DNA of 63,997 bases, counting the filler, from Stramenopiles sp. TOSAG23-3 (taxonomy: Eukaryota), in assembly GCA_900128585.1 (NCBI GenBank). It is 20 parts of 20 records of this genome, joined end to end, with 100 filler letters (N's around TTAATTAATTAA, not from the genome) between each part and the next. Parts side by side here need not be neighbours in the genome. Positions count along the whole stretch, not along the records: positions 19,350 to 22,467 come from LT644407.1; positions 22,568 to 25,682 come from LT644408.1; positions 25,783 to 28,897 come from LT644409.1; positions 28,998 to 32,112 come from LT644410.1; positions 32,213 to 35,327 come from LT644411.1; 15 more parts are not named here. The stretch is one strand, 5' to 3'. Below the pieces are notes generated by a model. That model was not told where the DNA came from and did not search any database. It worked only from the letters and a program-made list of their open reading frames with translations. Positions 20,522-32,344 of this stretch are shown piece by piece. The position numbers and the translations under genes are program-made. How positions within the stretch are numbered: position 1 is the first letter of the stretch; each line of letters begins with the position of its first letter.

Positions 20522-22317
20522 TGTGAGTATTGAGGGGGTGGGGATTGAGTATAGTAAAATGCAATTTATACGAATTTGTTTCGTTCAAACAATGTAGCTT
20601 TTCACATGAAATCTTTGTAAAGATAGAGATAAGAAGTAAGATTCCATCCTCACGAAATGTAAATGCGTGACCATATATCTTCCAATAGACAGAGAGATCA
20701 GTTCAACATATTGAAAACTCATTGTTGTATCGTCGTGGCGCATCTTCATCTTCTTCTCTCATCATCGAATATTTCTTCCTTCCAATTTTTACAAAGATAT
20801 TTGATGCTATTTAATGTACATTAGTTATAAATCTTAAATATCTATTTTATTCGATCGAAGAATCGAAGAAGAAGAACGAAAGAAGAAGAAGAAGAATTTT
20901 TTTTATTATTATTTTTTTTCTTCTTCATCACCTATTCCGTCCTGTAACCTGTTGTTACTTACCACAATTGAATGCTGCGGCAGGAAGAAGAAGAAAAAAA
21001 ATGAATCGGCGTAAACTATTATACTACGGTGATGAGGTATAATACCAAGGTATGATAGTCTAGATATTATTATACAGTTGGTTATAATAATAATAGCTAG
21101 ACAAATAATAGTCTAAGGTACAAAGAGAGGTTGGTTTTATTTTAATTTGTTTATAAAATCGAAAAGGAGGAGGTGATTTCATCCCATCCCCCTTCCTTCC
21201 CTTCCTTCCCTTCCTTGTTGTTTGTTGTTTGTCGCTTTTCTTTTTTTTACAAGGACGATTTCCTTTGTGGTAGACTAGTTTAACACACTGTATTCTAGTC
21301 GGTCTATCTATATATAAAATAAGTACAATAATATTTTGAATTTTGGATATATTTTTATTACTATTTGTTTTTAAATGGATTTCCTAATTAATTATTATAG
21401 TCTATTATTATACAACTATGAGTTTTATTTGTTCGTAGTCTACCATTAGGTGAATCGCTTACTTGAATGACTTTTTTTTTTCTTCTTGGTTGCTCTTGTT
21501 CATTTCCCGGTTTTCTTCTTTCTTTTTAATTTTTAATTGTACGTATATTAATTAATTCCATACGTAAACTAAACTATATAATAAAAAAATACTGTAACAA
21601 CATTTCCTTCCCTATCTATATAATTTATATACTCTCGTAGTCTAGTTTTGGACAGAACGCCTTTAATAGAATAGTCATTCTACGAGTAGTCGTCTACTCG
21701 TATGTTTTTCCTCCTCGTATCTGTGATCCTTTTTTCTTCGTTCTTCTTTCTTCCCCCACATTATTTTTTTAATTTTTTCTTCTTTTTATTTTTTTCATTC
21801 TTCTGTGCTGTTATTATACTGTAGTTGTCCAGGAATAATATTAAAATATTAATAAAAAATAAAAAAATAATACTGTAGTAAATTAATACAGTAATAGTCG
21901 TTCTAATTAAGTTAAATTAAAAATAATAATAATAATAAAAAATAATTAATATAATAATACCCATCATCATCCATCCATCGATCCAGTCATTATAATAGTA
22001 GAAAATTAAATAATAGAATAATAGAAAAAATCAACGAATTCTGATGTAGAAGAAGAAACGAAAAGTTAATAGTAGAGGTAGTAGGATATAAAGATAAATG
22101 TATGAAAAGACCGTTGGTTTTGTTCAGTTTTGTTCGCTCACTCACGACCCGTATAAATATATTCATAGGAAAAGGATTTCTTTCTCTTCCACCGATAGAA
22201 CCATCAGAGTACGGAGTAGAGTGGGGTGCACAAATACTCATCAGCCAACACAAAAGGAAGCGTAAGTGATCTGTGACCTTCGTTCCTGGGGTTGTCTGTT
22301 ACAAGACTTGCGTTAGA

Positions 22318-22467
22318 ATGTCCGAAACCATTGCGTCCAGCGATACTGGCCAAGGCCAGGGGGCAGATGCGCCGTCGTCAGGCGAGCGGGTGAAACGGGA
22401 CTCTCTCGTGCTGTACGGCAGTATGATAGACGTTCAAGGTACGGGTGATAACGGTAGTGACAAAGAG
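22318..22467 (+). CDS. 3'-truncated start of an unknown protein
   Basis: ATG at 22318, GC rises, frame open to the linker (MSETIASSDTGQGQG...). Confidence 0.45.
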
Positions 22468-22887
22468 NNNNNNNNNNNNNNNNNNNNNNNNNNNNNNNNN
22501 NNNNNNNNNNNTTAATTAATTAANNNNNNNNNNNNNNNNNNNNNNNNNNNNNNNNNNNNNNNNNNNNGGGGGGGGGGGTACCTCTCGGCGTGCACTAATC
22601 GTGCAAAGTACAATATAATACGGTACCCAGGTACCGAACTCTTCTACGGTATCTGGATAAGAATAATAACCAACAACAACAACAAATAATCTTTGTTTTG
22701 TTGAGAGGAGTCCTTCGTCTCGTGCCGGTGGTTGCAACAATGAAAAAAAAAACTGATGAAATCGTACGATTTTTACTCCATCTGTGAAATTAGATATTTA
22801 CACAATATAACACATACCTAGTGCTTGAATCGATACTAATAAGTTTTGGGCAAGGAAGCGAACGATTGAAGTCCCGCGGTTGGAAGC

Positions 22888-23943
22888 ATGAGTTCTTTGG
22901 GTAAAACTGCGAGCACGCCGACCGGCGGCAAAGGCGCGCCTGTGTTTGTTGCGGTTGGGAAGAACGTGGCAACCAGTCATTTGTACATTGTTCCCTTCGG
23001 GCTTCGTTTTTATGAAGATCCCAGGGGTTTGTTAGAACGCTTGCTGGCGTCATTTAAACTGTGCGGCGTCTACGTGCGCGATACGCACTCTTATGTGTCA
23101 TTTTTGAACTTCACGGAGGCCCGGAGGTGCCAAACATTTTTAATTTCATTAACACTTGAAACGTTCAATGAATTTTCGGGGCGCACTGGCGGCTGGAGGA
23201 GTAAGCTAAAAGTAAGGTTTTCTAGGCTGGTCAAGGGGGGGGGCGGGACGGTAGAGAGACCGGCAAAATCGCTTCATTTTAACGACTTCGACGTTGAGGG
23301 TTTGACATTGATTCCGGACGTTATTTCCGAGTTGGAAGAGGCGGCTTTACTGCGCCAAATAGACGCACAACCCTGGAACGACCGATTGAAGCGTCGGGTG
23401 CAGCATTATGGTTACGAATTTGATTATGTTACAAGGAAGTGTGATACTATCGAAACGCCACCTATTCCAGGCTTCATTGTCTCTTTGATGACGGATAAGT
23501 TGGCACTGGACCCGGTGCCAAACCAGTGCACGGTGAATGAATATTTCCCTGGGCAAGGAATAAGTTCGCACGTAGATACCCACAGCGCTTTCGGAGAATA
23601 CATTATTTCGTTGTCACTGCATGGAAACACCGTCATGTGCTTCTCAGATGCGGACCATTTAGACGAAGGAAAGAAGCACATGTTTCTTCCGCGCCGATCT
23701 TTGTTAATAATGAAAGGGGAAGCGCGTTACAAATGGCAGCATGGCATATCACCAAGGAAAACGGACGTGCTCCCGAACGGGGACATCTCTGAGCGGGTTC
23801 GACGAGTCTCCCTGACGTTTCGGGTCGCATGCTTGGATGGATCGCGCTGCAACTGCAACTTTCCAAACCAGTGCGACAGTCGAGGTGTTCCAACAAGCCA
23901 TACGACTATTCGGTTAAAGAAGAGGAAGCTGGAAAAATCCTAA
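22888..23943 (+). CDS. ALKBH8: ALKBH8-like 2OG-Fe(II) dioxygenase (RRM-like + AlkB + Cys cluster, no methyltransferase domain)
   Basis: LKRRVQHYGYEFDY, NQCTVNEYFPGQGISSHVDTHSAF (HxD), ARYKWQHGISPRKTD, RRVSLTFR, then CNCNFPNQCDS typical of ALKBH8. Confidence 0.85.
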   Translation: MSSLGKTASTPTGGKGAPVFVAVGKNVATSHLYIVPFGLRFYEDPRGLLERLLASFKLCGVYVRDTHSYVSFLNFTEARRCQTFLISLTLETFNEFSGRTGGWRSKLKVRFSRLVKGGGGTVERPAKSLHFNDFDVEGLTLIPDVISELEEAALLRQIDAQPWNDRLKRRVQHYGYEFDYVTRKCDTIETPPIPGFIVSLMTDKLALDPVPNQCTVNEYFPGQGISSHVDTHSAFGEYIISLSLHGNTVMCFSDADHLDEGKKHMFLPRRSLLIMKGEARYKWQHGISPRKTDVLPNGDISERVRRVSLTFRVACLDGSRCNCNFPNQCDSRGVPTSHTTIRLKKRKLEKS

Positions 23944-24091
23944 ATCTTACCTTTTTGTATAAAAAAAATACGAATAAAATGCACAAATATTTATACACAA
24001 AGTGCATACTATATCATTAGTTTTTTATATCATACACAAAGTGAGTACTGGTACGTAAATAAAATGTTCATTTTCGCGGTACATGTGAGAA

Positions 24092-24141
24092 AAGCTAAAT
24101 TTTAATTACTTAAAAAATATAACAGCCAATTTTTTGTTTTA
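24092..24141 (-). repeat. Dispersed 3'-intergenic element
   Basis: Reverse complement reads aaaacaaaaaattggctgttatatttttt aagtaattaaaatttagctt, matching 45721-45764. Confidence 0.75.
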
Positions 24142-24285
24142 AGAACTTATTATACAGTTTTTTTACAGCAGGCAAAATGATATCTTATACGACCTAAAAG
24201 AATAACCCCCCAACAGTTTGTTCTAAAATTCAAGTTTACGAAAAGTCCTCTCTACTCTTTCCTTCATCTAAAGAGACGCCGAGCA

Positions 24286-25680
24286 TTACCGCTTATTCTT
24301 TGCGATCGCTTTCGCTCTTTTCTTTATTTTCTTTGGGATCTTGTTCAAACGTTTTTCTTTCCGTGCCTCCTTGATCAAACGTTTGTGTTCCTTCCTCGCA
24401 GCTTTGTCTTTAACTCTGTGAATAGAAAACTCTTCGCTTCCTGGTTTCGGTGCGGGCGCGTTTTTTCGTTTCTCGTACTCCTCGTCTAGTGCAGCTATCT
24501 CCTCTGCATTGAGTGCGTCTGACTCGTCGTTGTCGCCCGCCGCGGCAACTCCACCAGATACTTTCACGGAGTTTACAGTATAATACATGTCTTTGGTGTC
24601 ACCGCTTAGCAGGCGATTGTGCTCGTCCTCAAAATGCCTCACCTCATTCAACGCGCGGGGTATGAAAGACTGCATGAACACGGCCTCGTCGACTTCCTCT
24701 TGGGCCATTTCCATTTTGCTCCGAATCGACTCGGAGGAGTTCTTCGCTTTCTCACTCATTTGTTCCAAGTACTGAGGAACGTCTTCATCCCGTAACGCCT
24801 CGTTTGTGATAAACTCGAAGAGTTCTCTTGTTGTCATTGTGGCGAGCCCTTTTTTGGAGAAGAATGCGGTGACATTGGAGCAGTCCATTCGCAAAAAATC
24901 CATTGCGCTGGGGTGTTCGTGTTCGACACTTTGGGAGACGTCGATAATATACAGTTGCCCCTTCATGTAGAGCATGTTGTACTCGGACAGATCCCCGTGC
25001 ACCAACCGACACTTATGAAACATGTTTCGCATCATTTCTACGCATTGCTGATAGCAAGAGATCAGCCTCTTTTCCGATAGCTTTGCATCTTTGATTCGTG
25101 GTGCGGGCCACCCGTCCTTTCCAATGAACTTCATGATCAACACGTTGTTCCGAATCATGATCGGTTCGGGGCAACGGACACCAGCCGCATGCAAGCGTTT
25201 TAAATTTCGCATTTCTTTCTCCGCCCAAATCTTCACCATTTTTCTCGGGTTGCTCTTGCAATAACCATGACGGAAACGGTACTCCCCAGACACGTACCTG
25301 TCCCGGTCTTTGAACACTAAAATGGACGTCTTGAACACCTTGACTGCCAGGGGCGCGCCGTCCTCCAAGTCCCCCGCTTTCGCGCCCGCCACCGCAAAGT
25401 ACACGTTGGCCTCTTTGCCGGTACTTATGCACCCGTTGATCTCTTGGAGAAAATTGCTGGCCAGCATACGAAAGAGAATCATTCGCGTTCGCGGGTCCAT
25501 GACTTGCTCCGTGGTTGCCCTATCGTCCCGCCCAGTGTGCCGCGTTTGGCCCCCCCCCCCGCCCCCCCCCCCTCCGCCCCCCCCGAAATTCCATTGACCC
25601 TCGCCGAGGCGTTGAGACTTTTTGACCTCCGATCTTGACCTTCGCCAATAAGTCCCAACCTGCAACGTGCCACCAAAGAC
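24286..25680 (-). CDS. RIO1: 5'-partial RIO1 atypical Ser/Thr kinase
   Basis: DRATTEQVMDPRTR, CISTGKEANVY, FKDRDRYVSGEYRFR, NPRKMVKIWAEKEMRNL, LVHGDLSEYNML, IIDVSQSVEH and a basic C-tail. Confidence 0.95.
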   Translation of the reverse strand, partial: VFGGTLQVGTYWRRSRSEVKKSQRLGEGQWNFGGGGGGGGGGGGQTRHTGRDDRATTEQVMDPRTRMILFRMLASNFLQEINGCISTGKEANVYFAVAGAKAGDLEDGAPLAVKVFKTSILVFKDRDRYVSGEYRFRHGYCKSNPRKMVKIWAEKEMRNLKRLHAAGVRCPEPIMIRNNVLIMKFIGKDGWPAPRIKDAKLSEKRLISCYQQCVEMMRNMFHKCRLVHGDLSEYNMLYMKGQLYIIDVSQSVEHEHPSAMDFLRMDCSNVTAFFSKKGLATMTTRELFEFITNEALRDEDVPQYLEQMSEKAKNSSESIRSKMEMAQEEVDEAVFMQSFIPRALNEVRHFEDEHNRLLSGDTKDMYYTVNSVKVSGGVAAAGDNDESDALNAEEIAALDEEYEKRKNAPAPKPGSEEFSIHRVKDKAARKEHKRLIKEARKEKRLNKIPKKIKKRAKAIAKNKR

Positions 25681-25849
25681 ATNNNNNNNNNNNNNNNNNN
25701 NNNNNNNNNNNNNNNNNNNNNNNNNNTTAATTAATTAANNNNNNNNNNNNNNNNNNNNNNNNNNNNNNNNNNNNNNNNNNNNTATAATACGAGCGAGAGG
25801 AACACACCTAAACGAGGAAACACATTTTAAATATTTTTAATTATTATGA

Positions 25850-28800
25850 TAACAGTCGTTCGTGTAGTTTCGATCAGGCGTTGTAATTGTTGCAATTGCT
25901 TTTTGTTGTAATTCTGAAGAGCATTAGCTTCACCGTCTTCAATGTCCTTAAATGCTTGAAATACTTCCCTTACGTAGTAAATTGCATTAATAAGGAGGGA
26001 GATTTGGGCCGGATCTTTGGGTTCCTCGTCGGCAGCTTTGTCCAACAACCATGTAATTCGCTCTTGTGTGGGGTAACGCTCCAAACTCTTTTTCATGGTT
26101 CCAGTCATTGTAGCTTTCATTTGGTCCAATAGCGTTTGCAAGTAGATTTCTGGCTTTCCCTCTAGCTTCACAGGAGACGCAAAGCGCGTGGTTTCTTTTC
26201 CAACATCGGCGACCCAGCGAACGGCAGATGGCCGTGAATTGTCGGATGGCATATCTTTTGGGTCCAATTCAAATGTTTTGGTTGCCAAGAATACTGCGGT
26301 GGTGTGTTTCATGATCTTGTGCGGTTGCGAGCCATTACTTAGCAAATCGAGCAACTGTGCCTCCGACACAAAGTAAAATCGAGGGAAGATACGTTGTTTT
26401 CCAGACAGGAAATCCTTCAAGGACTTTTTGCACAGGCTCAATCGTTCGTTGATATCTTCCAGCTTCTTGAACCGGCCCTCAACCACACAAGTTTCCTTAA
26501 CATTTCCTGTGTTGGTCGCATCTTTCAAAATAACTTTTAAGTCCTGGTCTACACCAACGAAGCGTTTTGCATCTTCAGGCAATTCCTTTTTTACTTCATC
26601 CGAGCCCACAAAAAGTGGTTCAAGATACGACCAAGTGCCTTGAATCTCTCCTAAAAGAGTGAAAATATCTGCAATATTATTCAATGCACTGTTCCAACTA
26701 TGGATCTGATCTTCAAACGTCATCATGTATCGGTTCCCGAGCATACTTTGAACCGTCAGTTGATCCGCTTCAAGTTGCTCAAAATCTTCGTCAAGCATTT
26801 TCAAGAGCTTCACCTCTTCTGCACTGGCTCCATGGGTCGTGAAAGTATCAAACTCCCAGTCCACCGACGACCATTGATTTTCAAGATTTGCAATGTTCAC
26901 TTCCATTTTCTCTTCTTTTTGTGACTGATCCGTGATTTCGTCAACTTGTTCACCGTATTCGTGCAAATTCAGTTCCAGAAGGCCACCAAGTTTCAATTCT
27001 GGATCTTGGTACGGAGGCGTGAATTCCTTTCCTGTTGCTTTCATAAGTAACGCCCAGTGACGGGGTCGCATACTTTGATGGTGCAGCGCAACTATCAGAG
27101 GGCACGTTGCCAAGAAGTCTTTTACCGATTTCTCCGTCTCTAAGTAAACATTACTGAACTTAATTGACCGGTTTGTCTTTTTAACACTTTTCATGAATTC
27201 TTTTGCAGTCTCTTCCATAACGTTGGCGTCAATCGATGCCCATAGTGCTTCATGGGTTTCTGCGAAATACTTCAGGCATTTCTCGGTGATGTTCCAAAGG
27301 TTTCGGGCCCATCCCAACATATCGTCAATGTTTTGCAAGAGTTGTTTTGCCTTTTCCATTACTTCTGGGAATTCGAACATGGTTGCAATATGCAACATTT
27401 TTTCGTACTTCACTCGTTTAGTAGCCTGGATCGTCTTAGCATCATCCAGCATTTGTTTGGCTTGTTTTGGACTTGTTGTAAACGACCAGAACCGGTTTTG
27501 TTTGAACTCCTTCAAGTAGGTTTCTAAATCCGACGTAAAATTGGCCGTATCGATTTTTGTTCGCGCACCGTGGCGTTTAATGTGTGGAACAATTTGGACC
27601 TTGGTGGCCGGCAACTGTTTCAAGCATGAATCTAGTTTGTTAGTGCAGTCTTTCACAGTGGCTATCATTTGGGCTGGTTTATTCCCTCCCATGTTTTCAC
27701 GAACTAAATGCTCAAGCATAGCTGCAATCCTGTCGGTTTGAATCTTGTTTGAATCTTGCTTCACTTGAACAGCGTGCAGCCTTTCCATAACGGACAGCAG
27801 AGAATCGACGTCATCTTCTGGGACTTTGTTTCGCAGGGCGGACAAGGTTTTCTGCGCAAAAGCAAGAAGTTTACCCAACTCCGCTTCAACGGCATCAATG
27901 ACCATGCTGCCGTCAAATTTGTTCTGCGAGTCTGTAGTTTTGCTTTGATACGACACATTAACGGGAGATCCGGCGATATGGCCGGCTTCGCCTTCAAAGG
28001 TGCCTTCGAACACGCACGATATTTTGTAGGATCCTGTGTCCCCTACTTCAAACGTCGCTTTGTAAAGCCCATTACTAATGTATTCCATTTCAGGCTCGAT
28101 TTCTCGACCTCCTGAATGGGCGACCGTAATGGTAAATTCATCTCCCTCGCTTACGCGGTTGTTCCCCCCGGCATCTCGAGATTGCACGTAAAACTCCGTT
28201 TGGAGTTCCGCAGCCGTGCCAGAAATGAGTGCAGGACCGTACATAATGCACTGGTTACAGTTTGCCACGGAGAAAAACCCGTACGTCTGAAATGTAGTTG
28301 TGAGTGCATTGCCATTCAACGCAACTCGCACGATAACGTCGCCAGGGCCTAAACTGGAAAAGTTCGGCGTCATGCACACAAGGGTGTTCTCGTCAACAAA
28401 ATCTGCGCTTGCTTCCAAGAAATGTTTTCCACGGGTGAAGCGCACGGTAATTTGGCTCGTGCTGACAAAATCAATCCCGATAATTTTCAGTCGGGCGCCG
28501 CCAGTGATTGGACCATTTGCTGGCTCGAGACCCATAATCGCGTAAGGTGGGCCGACGATATTGCTGACATCGACAGTGTGAATGTCCTGAAACCATTCGT
28601 TTGACCACCCGCCGAAGCACAAAAGCCTGCTGTTCTTTGAATCGTATACCATTTCAGTGTCCGCCCTCGGAGCAGGAAGCTCTCCAACAATGTCCGGCTT
28701 CTGCACGGCCATGCTTCCACAATCTAATACGATGAGATCGTTGGAATAAGACGAGCGGGTGTTTCGATCGTTGACGAGGCCCGTGGACCCACCGAACACA

Positions 28801-28895
28801 AACAGCCTCCAGTTAGGGATTGCCGCGACTGCAACTGCCGAGTGGCACCATCGCGACACGCCAAGGTCTACCTCGGTTTGGGACCATGTCCACTG
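25850..28895 (-). CDS. Partial axonemal dynein heavy chain with kelch, IPT/TIG and filamin-like N-terminus (outer-arm alpha type)
   Basis: Kelch repeats (LFVFGG, LLCFGGW), GPITGG TIG motif, filamin-like HIAGSP, then DHC_N2 motifs MRPRHW, WSYLEPLFVGS and KQRIFPRFYFVSEAQLLDLLSNG. Truncated at both ends. Confidence 0.9.
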
Positions 28896-29405
28896 ATNNN
28901 NNNNNNNNNNNNNNNNNNNNNNNNNNNNNNNNNNNNNNNNNTTAATTAATTAANNNNNNNNNNNNNNNNNNNNNNNNNNNNNNNNNNNNNNNNNNNNGAA
29001 AAACGCTGGGTTGACAACCCGTTGTATGGCATGGAATTAACATCATCTTAGTTAACTCTAATCCTAACTTAGGGGAGTAAAAATAACTTCTTAAAGTTAA
29101 GCTATAAAGCTTCATGTAGACAAAAGCAAATTACGAGTACATTGTCAAGGAAGGCTGAGCTTGGAGAAACTTCAGCAGTGGTCACACTAACTTAAAAAAA
29201 AGAAATTATATACTACTACATGCTTTTTAAGACTCTCATTTCATATCAATTACGATTTCAGTTCCAACTCTTAACATAAAATGGATTTTTTAATTTGATT
29301 TTTTTAATTTCGTTAGTTGTCAATCACTAAAGGAATATCTAAATTAAAAGCAAGTTATCATAAATATTTGTTTTAAAAGTTAAAAGCTTATATGTACCCT
29401 CGGAA

Positions 29406-30569
29406 CTAGCGCAGGTTATTCCGCAGCCGGGCCTGTACCAAGTCGAACTTCTTCCAAATGTTTTCGCCGAGGGGTTTGCCTGCGTGTTGGCGCCTTGACA
29501 GAAAATTGCAAACGTCCCCCATTTCAGTGGCAAAGCGCTCTTTGACCTTTGCATTTAGCCGCTGCTTAACGATCTGGCCGTATGTTGGCCTTGAACAGCT
29601 GTTGGACGGTCCTTTGCTGTATTTGCCTCTATTTAGTTTTTCCTTTTGCTTCTTGTACTGGTGCTTTTTTGCCGCCTTCCACTCCATTAAATTTATTAAA
29701 TTGCCGCACATGGCGCAAGAGGCAAGGCACTGTTTTTTTGCAAAATTTACGTCCAGCCCACACTTTCGACAAGTGGGTTGCAACGGATCGAACGGGCGCC
29801 TCCACGAGCGCTCGGGCGTATCACCATCCTCTTCGGCAGGCCCCTTTTCCTCCTTCGATGTTGCTGTGGTTTTAATGTACGGGTTTGACCCTCTAAACTG
29901 TTTCTTAAATGCTTCGAACCTTAGAAACGTGTTGCTCTGCTCTGCATGTTCCACCAGCGCTTTGAATTCGTTGAAGACGGCGTCGCTTTGCACGGTCCCG
30001 GACGTGGTAGGTCTACCCCCCCCTTCAATGAGCTGCCCCGCCTTCTTTGCCTTTTCCATGGCGACCTGTTCATCGTGTTCTTCCACTGAAAGCAACAGCG
30101 GAGACGTTGGAGGCATGGCCATGGGCGTTATCGGGCGAAGGAAGGAATTGTTATTTTTCCCTGGGGAGGCCCTCCGCGATTTCTTTTTCAAATTTTTTTC
30201 TTTTTGCCGGGCTTTCTTCTTTGCGGGCATTTGCTTCGCTTTTTTCCCTCTTTTCTTTTGCCTATCCTCTCGAGCCTTTGCTCGCCGTTCTAATTCCTGG
30301 AGCGAGAAATATTTCCCGATGGCCTTTTTCTTCTCACTGTCCGTGAGAGTCATCCATAGAAATGGCGCATTCTCCTCTGGTTCTTCTAACGGCATCACCG
30401 GCTGGCGGAGAGTCATCAAATGGTTGTTTTTCTTCGCATTTAATTCTTGCTGCCGTTTCTTCCGCTGTTTTCTTTCTCTCGTGCTTGTCCGGATAATGCG
30501 CTCGTTTCTAATCTTCAAGACTTGGTCAGTCAATGACTCGCTGCCAAATTCTAGTTTATGCATTGCCAT
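29406..30569 (-). CDS. Basic coiled-coil protein with a CxxC-x14-CxxC putative zinc finger
   Basis: 387-aa K/R/E-rich ORF containing CRKC...CAMC. The opposite-strand ORF has the F/S/L-rich composition of a shadow. Confidence 0.65.
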   Translation of the reverse strand: MAMHKLEFGSESLTDQVLKIRNERIIRTSTRERKQRKKRQQELNAKKNNHLMTLRQPVMPLEEPEENAPFLWMTLTDSEKKKAIGKYFSLQELERRAKAREDRQKKRGKKAKQMPAKKKARQKEKNLKKKSRRASPGKNNNSFLRPITPMAMPPTSPLLLSVEEHDEQVAMEKAKKAGQLIEGGGRPTTSGTVQSDAVFNEFKALVEHAEQSNTFLRFEAFKKQFRGSNPYIKTTATSKEEKGPAEEDGDTPERSWRRPFDPLQPTCRKCGLDVNFAKKQCLASCAMCGNLINLMEWKAAKKHQYKKQKEKLNRGKYSKGPSNSCSRPTYGQIVKQRLNAKVKERFATEMGDVCNFLSRRQHAGKPLGENIWKKFDLVQARLRNNLR

Positions 30570-31101
30570 CTTCCTGCGTTTCTTTCTTACCGTGTCTCGT
30601 TCGGCTGTGTCGTTGAAGTAGAACTAAAACTCAAAGGTGGCCAAGATTGTTTTACAATACTTTTACAACGATTTGAAACGCATGTATATTATCAAGGTTG
30701 GTCTTTTTGCATTTTATAATCTTCACGTAACGAATGGTTCAATGTTCAATATATTTTACCAAAGAGCAAAGATCGATCATCTGTTATATTTTGCTTTCGC
30801 GATACATTATATAATTTTAATAAAATAAATAAAAAATGATGATGAGATAATAATAATAATAATTTTCTTCTTCAACAATAAATATATATAATAATAAATG
30901 TATTATTATTTGTTGCTGTTTCTTCTTGATATTTTATAATAAAAAACGGACATTTTGTCATTTATTTATTATCAAAAACTAAATGACAAAATTATGTATT
31001 CTAATTTTCCTATCAAAAATAATACGACTAACTACAGGAAATTTGAAATTTGACATTCACCACCCACCACCAACATGCGAAAACTTCTTCCCTCACTCAT
31101 A

Positions 31102-32112
31102 TCACAAAGCACCAGCGAGGATCCTCTTTCGCAGAGTCTCCATTATTTTATGGGTGTGATGAATATTGTGAATCGATATTAACGTTGCAACGACCGGTTC
31201 GTGCATCTTCAGCAAGTGGTGCATGTATGCTTTCGAGTGGTTTCTACAGGCATAGCAGTCGCAGTTGGAATCCAAGGGGTCGGGAGATTCTGCGTGTTTG
31301 CCAGACTTCAAGTGGAGCCGCTCGGAAGATCCGTCCGATCTTATGTTAACGAACGCCGTGCCATGCCGGGCCGCTTTCGTCGGAAAACAGCTGTCAAAGG
31401 AGTCCACCCCTTTCTGGGTACCCATTCGTAGCATTCCTTGATCTGCCAAGCCAAGTAAATGGACCGGCTTTTCAGAGGGCAAATGGGGCATCACCCAATC
31501 CAAAACGTTCGCTGCATCTTCTACGGAGCGACCCAAAGACCCCCCCACTGCGAAGCCATCAAACGGCAGTTCGCTCAAAAATGCGGAGGAGTACTTTCGA
31601 AGGGATTGGTCTAGTGCCCCATGAACGACAGCATACATTGCTTGTTCTTTGGGATGCTTCAAATGTTCCTCCAAGGACCGCTTCTCCCAACGCATCGACT
31701 TTTCCACACTCTTTTTCAGTTCCTCGCGGTCAATTTCGGCGCCGGACGGTGGGAGCTCATCCAGTGGTATAATAATGTCCGCCCCGATGAGCTTTTGTGC
31801 TTGGACAGTTGACTCGGGAGTCAATTCGATTTTTTTCCCGTCCCGGTACGATCGGAATGTTACCCCATCTTCTGAAATTTTTAATATCAATCCCTTCCGT
31901 TTTGTATTTCTGGACTTTAATTCACCGGTGACTTTCCCACCGGCTAGGGAAAACACCTGAAAACCGCCCGAGTCTGTGATGAAAGGCTTGTTTCTTCCAC
32001 TCCATTTATGAATGCCACCAAGCTTGTGAATCGTCTCGGGGCCTGGGTGGACCATGAGATGGTACGTGTTTGAAAACATAAGCTCCGTTCCCGCAGCCTC
32101 GCTTTGGTCGTG
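31102..32112 (-). CDS. tgt: 5'-partial queuine tRNA-ribosyltransferase, Chlamydia-like signature
   Basis: NTYHL, TDSGGFQVFSL, LTPES, PLDELP, GGSLG, HLLG, DSFDS and zinc site CDCYAC...HN. Confidence 0.92.
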   Translation of the reverse strand, partial: HDQSEAAGTELMFSNTYHLMVHPGPETIHKLGGIHKWSGRNKPFITDSGGFQVFSLAGGKVTGELKSRNTKRKGLILKISEDGVTFRSYRDGKKIELTPESTVQAQKLIGADIIIPLDELPPSGAEIDREELKKSVEKSMRWEKRSLEEHLKHPKEQAMYAVVHGALDQSLRKYSSAFLSELPFDGFAVGGSLGRSVEDAANVLDWVMPHLPSEKPVHLLGLADQGMLRMGTQKGVDSFDSCFPTKAARHGTAFVNIRSDGSSERLHLKSGKHAESPDPLDSNCDCYACRNHSKAYMHHLLKMHEPVVATLISIHNIHHTHKIMETLRKRILAGAL

Positions 32113-32344
32113 NNNNNNNNNNNNNNNNNNNNNNNNNNNNNNNNNNNNNNNNNNNNTTAATTAATTAANNNNNNNNNNNNNNNNNNNNNNNNNNNNNNNN
32201 NNNNNNNNNNNNTTGTTGTTGTTGTTCTTTTTGTATTCTATTTTGTTCTTTTTCCGAATTTACTCACTTTAGTGTTCCGAACTTGTACTCAACTGAGAAT
32301 GAAACAAGAAAAGTGTGAGGTCGGCCATCTCGTACGAAAAACCA

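Noticed and set aside
21681..21702. Perfect 9-bp hairpin TACGAGTAG-TCGT-CTACTCGTA
   Set aside because: Isolated, with no CTRR Helitron end at the expected distance and no second copy.
25549..25584. C-rich run (Gly tract in RIO1) and poly-G at contig starts 22568 and 51469
   Set aside because: Low-complexity tracts that commonly break assemblies; no further signal.
29458..30621. 387-aa antisense ORF of the same length as the minus-strand gene
   Set aside because: F/S/L-rich shadow of a K/E/R-rich CDS; the equal length is most likely coincidence.
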